DNA from: a virus
Lineage: Duplodnaviria > Caudoviricetes
Direction: 5' to 3' (one strand)
IMG/VR virus record: IMGVR_UViG_3300027759_000109
Span: 1 to 57,002 of that record
DNA length: 57,002 nucleotides
The position numbers and the translations under genes were made by a program. A model generated the notes under the pieces. The model had not been told where the DNA came from, made no database searches, and saw only the letters and a list, made by a program, of their open reading frames with translations. Below are positions 50,755-57,002 of the stretch, piece after piece. Numbering within the stretch: the first letter of the stretch is position 1; each line of letters starts with the position of its first letter.

Positions 50755-53700
50755 TTAAGGTATAGTTTGTGTGTCTACTGTTAATGAAAGTGTTTGAACT
50801 GATGGTGCATCTACAACGTATGAATATATGGTCATACTTCCAACATAACCAGGACAACCTGTTCCTCCAGCACCTTCTATAGCACAATTTATACTTGTTC
50901 CAAAATAAACAATATCACCTGTAGTCAAACCTGTTATTGTATAAATATAAGTACAAGTGATTGGTAAAGTAACTGATGTTAAGCCAGGTATATTTACATT
51001 ACCAGTAATATTAACATCATAAAACATTGTTATTGTCTGAGGTGTACTTGCAATATCTAGTACACGTAACTCTAAACTTTTACCCCCCACTTCTGGTGTA
51101 GGAGTAGGTGGAGGTGGTGTAGGAGTAGGGGTAACCGTTGGAGGTGGTGTAGGAGGTGGACCTGTTGGAGTAGGTGTAGGGGTACAACCAACACCATAAG
51201 ATATTGATGAACCTGTTGCTATTCCATAAGTAGACGCTACCGAACTAAATTGAGCACAACTTTCAAATACGTTAATACCTGTAAAAGTGGCACCTGAGTT
51301 GCTCCAAAATGTTGGCATATTAAAAGATGAAAACGCACCATTATTATCCCATATATAATTTGTTAATGTATCACAAGTCCAATCAAAACATTCACTACTA
51401 TTATATTCATCCTTATTTATTTCATACATAGTGTATGGTACATAAACTACTTCAGAAAAGTTTTCAACATTTTTAAACGTTGAGGTAAATCCTGATGTAT
51501 TTCCTGTTAAAGATCCGATTTGATTGTCATAATAAATTGACCAACCAAAATTGGTATCCAATAAATTTGGATTTGTAAAATCTGTTTTTAATTTATAACA
51601 AGTTGTTGGGTCATCACAATAGTAATACTCAAAATATCTTGTTGGATATTCCTGTGGATTGACATTGAATTGTACTAACTCAACCTTTGTTAATTCTCTT
51701 TGAGTTAAATTAAACTCACTAATCTTATTCCAAGTAAAGTATTGTTGTTGTATTTTGATAATGTCATTAGGTTTTAAATTCTTAATGTCATTATATTTTA
51801 GATTAAAGAACCCTGTTAGGAATCTTGTATTTGGATTGTATATATTTGTAATTCTGTTATCATAGAAAGTATTATACGCATCTTGTTCTGTATATGTATT
51901 GTATGTTGGTTGACCTAATCCAATATCAACTGGTGATTCAGAATTAAATAAAATACATATACTATCATTTTCAAACCCATCCCTTTCTTTATTACTATCA
52001 GGATTCCCCATTGGCATCGTATGTGATATAACAGGTAATTTATCTGATTGGAAATAAAATGCTGCGGCACTATCAAGTACATAAACTGAATATGTTGAAT
52101 ATGGTGCGTTTGGAAATACCTCACCAATCTTATCTAAGAATGGATTAAATCCACCCAACCAATAGAATAGTTTTGGTTTTGTTTTAACACCTTTATATAC
52201 CCAATCAACCCCTGCGTTATTTGTACCGACAGGTTCATTTGATGCTACATAATTAATACCTAATGGTAGTCCAATATTATTATCCCATTTACGAACTAAT
52301 TCAGGACCGAATATTGTTTCAATTTTCTTCTCTTGTGATTTAAAATCTGTTTCATTATATACGATATTTCTACCATATACTCTATTGTTTCTTTCTTTAA
52401 ACTGTTTGTTTCCATCATCACTATCCTCTAAATCAGTTAATGTCAATTCTGATTCAACAAAGTTTAATGCTGGTTCAACTGACCATCCTTTGTCATAACT
52501 AATCTTATCTGTCCAATCATAAACATCACCAGTACCCATATAGTAATCAAATGGTTCTATTATGATTTGGTTTGGCAAGTCAGGGTCAGGTACAAATACC
52601 AAATTGAATTTCTTTGCTAATGAACCAATAATATCAATCTGTTTTATATTTAAATCTATGACCTCACTAAAGTTAACTAAGTTACCATCTACAAATGATA
52701 TAGGTGTATTAACAGGAACTGGTAAATATTTTATTGGTCCTGCTGATACTGTTGCGTTTGATGTTACAAAATTAAATTCATATTCATCACCTATGTTTTG
52801 TAATGTGGAACCTGTTGTTCCTGCTTTGATTGTTGATGGAAATTCAATATCATATGTATAACTAATACCATCATATAAATTTAAATGTAATACTACATTA
52901 ATATCCTGTAAACAAAAACAAGGAATACCTGTTCCTAATTTACATACATATGAGTTCCATAATTGTCCTTCTCTGATGGTAATAATTTCACAACCTTCAA
53001 TTGGTAAGTTTTGTATTGTACTTAATTTATAAGAAAACTTAGTTAATTCAGAACTAAAATATCCATATAGATATAATGTCTTAAACCAAGGCGTATTAAA
53101 AAAATCTGATTTGATTGTATAATCGTGTTCCTTAAAAATTAAATTGAATAAACTATATATATTTAACGCAGGTTTTAATTGATTATTAATTAATCCTTGT
53201 GTTGGTGAATTAATAAAATATGGTTTCACACCTGCGGCAGTTGCGCCAGATAGTGAGGTAAATCCACTAATTGGTGTTGTTGTTGTATAATATCTTGTTT
53301 GGTCTATTGTTGTCCCACTTAAATTTACAGTTGTACCTGTACTATAATTGTAACCATTGTGAACAACAGGATATATAAATGGATGTGGTTTTTCCGAATC
53401 CAATTGGAAGTTTGTAAAATTAAAATATTGTGTTACGTTGGATAAATTAAAAGTATGGTTGAATGTATATTCTTCATCAGCAAAGTTTAAATCTTTCAAT
53501 AACCCATTACCTATTGCGCCAAACAAATTTGCCACAGTTGAGTATAGAGTTATATCATATTCTATTTTTGAATTTTGTACTGATACCTTATTTAATTTTA
53601 AGTATCCTCTGAATAGTGGTTCATCACCCAATAAGATGTCACAGACGTTTCTTTTGGTTGCGTCAAAATATAATGATTGGGTATCAACATTAAAGAAGTT

Positions 53701-53904
53701 TTCAAAGAATCTATTGTTCTTTTTAGAACCTGGCACTGTAAGTCCAATTGTATAGTCCGTGTTCTTCTTGGCTATGTCTTGTAATTCAGCAAAGGATTTG
53801 TTTAACTTAATCGGTATATCATTATATAAATCTATAAATTCATATTGTGGTAATACAGATTCGTTATTTGTTTGAACCCTTAATACAGTTTGTTGTTGAC
53901 TCAT
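50755..53904 (-). CDS. Tail hub/central fibre
   Basis: Homologue of 17542..21369 with a different C-terminal domain after the PT linker. Confidence 0.7.
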   Translation of the reverse strand: MSQQQTVLRVQTNNESVLPQYEFIDLYNDIPIKLNKSFAELQDIAKKNTDYTIGLTVPGSKKNNRFFENFFNVDTQSLYFDATKRNVCDILLGDEPLFRGYLKLNKVSVQNSKIEYDITLYSTVANLFGAIGNGLLKDLNFADEEYTFNHTFNLSNVTQYFNFTNFQLDSEKPHPFIYPVVHNGYNYSTGTTVNLSGTTIDQTRYYTTTTPISGFTSLSGATAAGVKPYFINSPTQGLINNQLKPALNIYSLFNLIFKEHDYTIKSDFFNTPWFKTLYLYGYFSSELTKFSYKLSTIQNLPIEGCEIITIREGQLWNSYVCKLGTGIPCFCLQDINVVLHLNLYDGISYTYDIEFPSTIKAGTTGSTLQNIGDEYEFNFVTSNATVSAGPIKYLPVPVNTPISFVDGNLVNFSEVIDLNIKQIDIIGSLAKKFNLVFVPDPDLPNQIIIEPFDYYMGTGDVYDWTDKISYDKGWSVEPALNFVESELTLTDLEDSDDGNKQFKERNNRVYGRNIVYNETDFKSQEKKIETIFGPELVRKWDNNIGLPLGINYVASNEPVGTNNAGVDWVYKGVKTKPKLFYWLGGFNPFLDKIGEVFPNAPYSTYSVYVLDSAAAFYFQSDKLPVISHTMPMGNPDSNKERDGFENDSICILFNSESPVDIGLGQPTYNTYTEQDAYNTFYDNRITNIYNPNTRFLTGFFNLKYNDIKNLKPNDIIKIQQQYFTWNKISEFNLTQRELTKVELVQFNVNPQEYPTRYFEYYYCDDPTTCYKLKTDFTNPNLLDTNFGWSIYYDNQIGSLTGNTSGFTSTFKNVENFSEVVYVPYTMYEINKDEYNSSECFDWTCDTLTNYIWDNNGAFSSFNMPTFWSNSGATFTGINVFESCAQFSSVASTYGIATGSSISYGVGCTPTPTPTGPPPTPPPTVTPTPTPPPPTPTPEVGGKSLELRVLDIASTPQTITMFYDVNITGNVNIPGLTSVTLPITCTYIYTITGLTTGDIVYFGTSINCAIEGAGGTGCPGYVGSMTIYSYVVDAPSVQTLSLTVDTQTIP

Positions 53905-53907
53905 ATA

Positions 53908-55500
53908 TTAAAATCCTCTGTTAATAAAGAAAGAATCTGCGTATTTCATCGTGACTCTATACTTGTTTAATTTTTTGTGTTTCTTCGTAATGGTTTCCAC
54001 CTCTGTTGATAATATCTGTAAAGGTCTCAAATCCTTATACACTTTATCTTGTCTATCCATTGGTGAAATAAAGTCATCCTTTACTTCGTACACTTGTGGT
54101 GAATAGAATAGTTGTTCCAACCAATTACCTACTGGTACAGATATAAAATCTGATTCCAATATAACTTCTCTGTTTAAGTCTGTGGCGAAAGTCTTAACTG
54201 TTCTTCCAAAGTCTCTATCAGGTGTTTGTAAATCGGTTGCATAATATCTATTGTCAAATGTTTGTGAACTAATCTTTTTACTATCTTGTCTGTATGCTGT
54301 GAATGTATAAAAATCATAACCACCCTTTGCGTTCATAAACATAAGTCTTGTATTTTGAGGTTTACAATTGTCATACAAATAAAAATAGAATGCTTCAGAT
54401 ACAGGTCCCACAGGTCCTACACTATTTCTAGATGCACTGTTAGTTGGATATGAATAAAATAATTGTACCCTATAATATGCTACTTGACTAAAATCAATTG
54501 TAGCAAATATGTTATTAATGTCAATAGGTCCACAAGGTAAACTGAATATTGTTAATGTATCCGTATATCCTGTTGGTGATGCGAATGTTGTGCCAGAGAA
54601 GTTTAATTCTTGATTAAAATCAGTAACTAAATTATTGTTCTCATCATAAAATTCAAATACAGCAAAGTCCGCTTCAATTACTTGTCTATCACCTGTCTGT
54701 CCATTTAAGTAATATAATACATAATTTTCTGTATCTTGTACATATTGAATGCGTGGTGAGTCAGTTAAAAATCTTGATGTTTCTGATTGTTCAGGTACCG
54801 TTGGATAGTCCATCAAGAATTGTGACATTGGTGACAATCTTCTATATACATCAACTGTATTAATGGTTGTACCTGTTCCAATTACTGAACCAATTTCTTG
54901 GTCAAAGTTTGGAAGGATAAATTTGTCTTCACCCATTTGGAATGAACCACCTACATAGTTAAAATACTTACCTGTATTGGTAAATCCTGATGGTACGAAT
55001 GATGTGTCTGATACACAATAAGGAATGTCTGTAAAGTGTGTTAAGTCATTAAACGGACCCTCATCATAGTTATATTCTGTAACTACTTCTGTACCACCTG
55101 TTAAGTATCTATAACCAAATTTAAAGTTAGCCTCAACAATATTTGGGTATTGGTTATTAATGTTATTTGAAACAGATGTATTATACCAATTGTTTAACCA
55201 ATAATATGTGTAAGGTTGTGATTGAATGTAGTTAGATATATAATCATATGGTCTTAAATTAAAAGAATAAGTTACCGTTGTTGCTCCTGATGTTACTTGA
55301 TATGGTACTAATGCCATTCTACCAACTTTACTACCATCTGCGAATAAATCAACATCCATTTCCATTGATGGTATGTATGTACTTCCTGTTAAAGTTATAC
55401 CATATGTACCTCCGCGTTGAAATACCATATCTGTTGATCTTCGTAATTGTGAATTGTTGTTCAATCCATTACTATATAATTGTGGATATCCTATACTCAT
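53908..55500 (-). CDS. Putative distal tail/baseplate protein
   Basis: Homologue of 21371..22951. Confidence 0.6.
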   Translation of the reverse strand: MSIGYPQLYSNGLNNNSQLRRSTDMVFQRGGTYGITLTGSTYIPSMEMDVDLFADGSKVGRMALVPYQVTSGATTVTYSFNLRPYDYISNYIQSQPYTYYWLNNWYNTSVSNNINNQYPNIVEANFKFGYRYLTGGTEVVTEYNYDEGPFNDLTHFTDIPYCVSDTSFVPSGFTNTGKYFNYVGGSFQMGEDKFILPNFDQEIGSVIGTGTTINTVDVYRRLSPMSQFLMDYPTVPEQSETSRFLTDSPRIQYVQDTENYVLYYLNGQTGDRQVIEADFAVFEFYDENNNLVTDFNQELNFSGTTFASPTGYTDTLTIFSLPCGPIDINNIFATIDFSQVAYYRVQLFYSYPTNSASRNSVGPVGPVSEAFYFYLYDNCKPQNTRLMFMNAKGGYDFYTFTAYRQDSKKISSQTFDNRYYATDLQTPDRDFGRTVKTFATDLNREVILESDFISVPVGNWLEQLFYSPQVYEVKDDFISPMDRQDKVYKDLRPLQILSTEVETITKKHKKLNKYRVTMKYADSFFINRGF

Positions 55501-55982
55501 ATTCCTTCTATTTTGTTTAATAATTCTTCAAAAGTTGCGTCACCAATTATTTCTAAAATTTCTTGATTGTCCTGTAATTTATCAACTGCAACATCCAAGA
55601 AGTTTGATGGTCTTATTCCGAACTTCTTTATATTTTTTTGGATGGCGAACGCAAAGTTTCTATTCTTTATAAATTTACCTTTTTTGTCCCTACCCTTTAA
55701 TTTTCTATCTCTTATCCATTGTTCAATACTTTCTATTGGAACACCCTTAGCACCAGGTTTTCTTCCTGATTGTACCCATTGGAAATAATCTTCTGCCATT
55801 ACTTGTATGGTAGTTTGTTCTTGTGATTCGTTCACTTGAACCTTAATACTATTTTTTAACTTACCTGACGCAACCTTATCACCCAATCCCTTGTATTTGG
55901 AAAACCCAAAAGGATATCTTTTCTCTTGTAATGATTGAATCAATACTTGTTGAATAATAGGTGCTAATAAATTTAAGTCCAT
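55497..55982 (-). CDS. Putative tail completion/neck protein
   Basis: ASGKLKNSI and GRKPG motifs; homologue of 22948..23475. Confidence 0.55.
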   Translation of the reverse strand: MDLNLLAPIIQQVLIQSLQEKRYPFGFSKYKGLGDKVASGKLKNSIKVQVNESQEQTTIQVMAEDYFQWVQSGRKPGAKGVPIESIEQWIRDRKLKGRDKKGKFIKNRNFAFAIQKNIKKFGIRPSNFLDVAVDKLQDNQEILEIIGDATFEELLNKIEGI

Positions 55983-55983
55983 A

Positions 55984-57002
55984 TTATGATGGGTTTATAA
56001 TTAAGTATGCTACCGTATCTGCGTCTCCGTTATGGTCTGATGTTACGTTGAATGTTCCTGAACCTTTTGATGTTACACTTACTGTTCCGTTACCACTATT
56101 TGTGTTTGTTTGTTTGGTTAAGAATATTAAACTTGTTGCTGAAACCAAACTATTTGATACTGTTGCCGTACCAGGGTTTCCACCATTAAGAACAAATGTT
56201 CCCATTGTTTTATTTGAACCTGATGCGAATAACACATCACCTGTTACCAATAATGAACCTGTCATTTGTGTTTCACCAATTACAATTAATTCAGGATTGG
56301 CAGAACCACTAAGTCTTAATGAACCAGTAACAGTTGTGTTACCATTAACATTTAATGAACCAGTTACTTGAACAGGGAATCCAATTTGTATTGGAACGTT
56401 TGCTCCTGAACCACTCTTAAATAAATAAGAATTTGATTCTGATTGTGATTTGACAACAAAATGTGCGTCAACTTGTGGTCCCAAAGAAGATGGCATTTGA
56501 CCAATTAAAATATTCTGTGAACCACTTGTAATGTTTTCTGTATTACCAATAATGATATTGATTGAACCTGATTTAAAGTTTCCACCTGATGGTACTACCA
56601 AGAAGTTTTGTGAACCTGTAGCAAACTGTGAATTAAATCCACCCAATAATATATTGTTTGTTCCGTTAGCAAACTTGGTATTTGTTCCACTAAATTCACC
56701 AATTGCGGTCGTATATTTATTTGCGTTACGATATAATGTAACACCTGCCCCAAATCCTATACTTGTAATATTATCAGTTCCATCATTAAAACCAAGAGTC
56801 ATTGCTCCTGATACATTTAATGAACCTGTGATTACTGTATTACCAATTATTTGATGATTAGAACCTGATATATTAACTGAACCTGTTATATATACGTTTG
56901 AACCTGAATCAATTAAGAAACCTGTTCTTCTTGATCCCACTGCCGTACCTGTTCCAACTGCGAACACAACTGATTGTGCGTCTTCTTGGTTTGAACCTGT
57001 TG
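55984..57002 (-). CDS. Fibre protein, 3' part only
   Basis: C-terminal ~85 aa nearly identical to 23477..26359; start lies outside the window. Confidence 0.7.
   Translation of the reverse strand, partial: TGSNQEDAQSVVFAVGTGTAVGSRRTGFLIDSGSNVYITGSVNISGSNHQIIGNTVITGSLNVSGAMTLGFNDGTDNITSIGFGAGVTLYRNANKYTTAIGEFSGTNTKFANGTNNILLGGFNSQFATGSQNFLVVPSGGNFKSGSINIIIGNTENITSGSQNILIGQMPSSLGPQVDAHFVVKSQSESNSYLFKSGSGANVPIQIGFPVQVTGSLNVNGNTTVTGSLRLSGSANPELIVIGETQMTGSLLVTGDVLFASGSNKTMGTFVLNGGNPGTATVSNSLVSATSLIFLTKQTNTNSGNGTVSVTSKGSGTFNVTSDHNGDADTVAYLIINPS

Larger units (their letters stand above)
32243..57002 (-). mobile_element. Phage-like unit B (diverged colinear copy, truncated by window end)
   Basis: Same gene order as unit A with recognisable homologues at almost every position. 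Confidence 0.85.

Overview
AT-rich window made entirely of tailed-phage (Caudoviricetes, siphovirus-like) genes, probably Bacteroidota-infecting because TAnnTTTG promoters are present and Shine-Dalgarno motifs are not evident. It holds two head-to-tail, colinear but diverged copies of a ~32.2 kb phage-like unit. Bases 1-350 recur at 32243-32592 (offset 32,242). Unit A (1-32242) is a complete period, and unit B (32243-57002) is cut by the window end. Both units have their own sigma-like factor, portal, capsid, scaffold, XkdF-type protease, tape measure and tail/receptor-binding genes. The terminase block is visible only in A. No integrase, repressor, DNA polymerase, helicase or endolysin was recognised in the full period. 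The copies are a mosaic of near-identical tracts and strongly diverged or swapped modules. Comparing them reveals a covarying small RNA with a loop antisense to the start codons of host-promoter genes, a pseudoknot/attenuator leader and iterons at the initiator gene, a -1 frameshift in the tail chaperone, receptor-binding domains shuffled at Pro-Thr linkers, and a modular protease polyprotein. An assembly chimera of related phages cannot be excluded from sequence alone. Product calls rest on motif recognition and synteny, not database searches.
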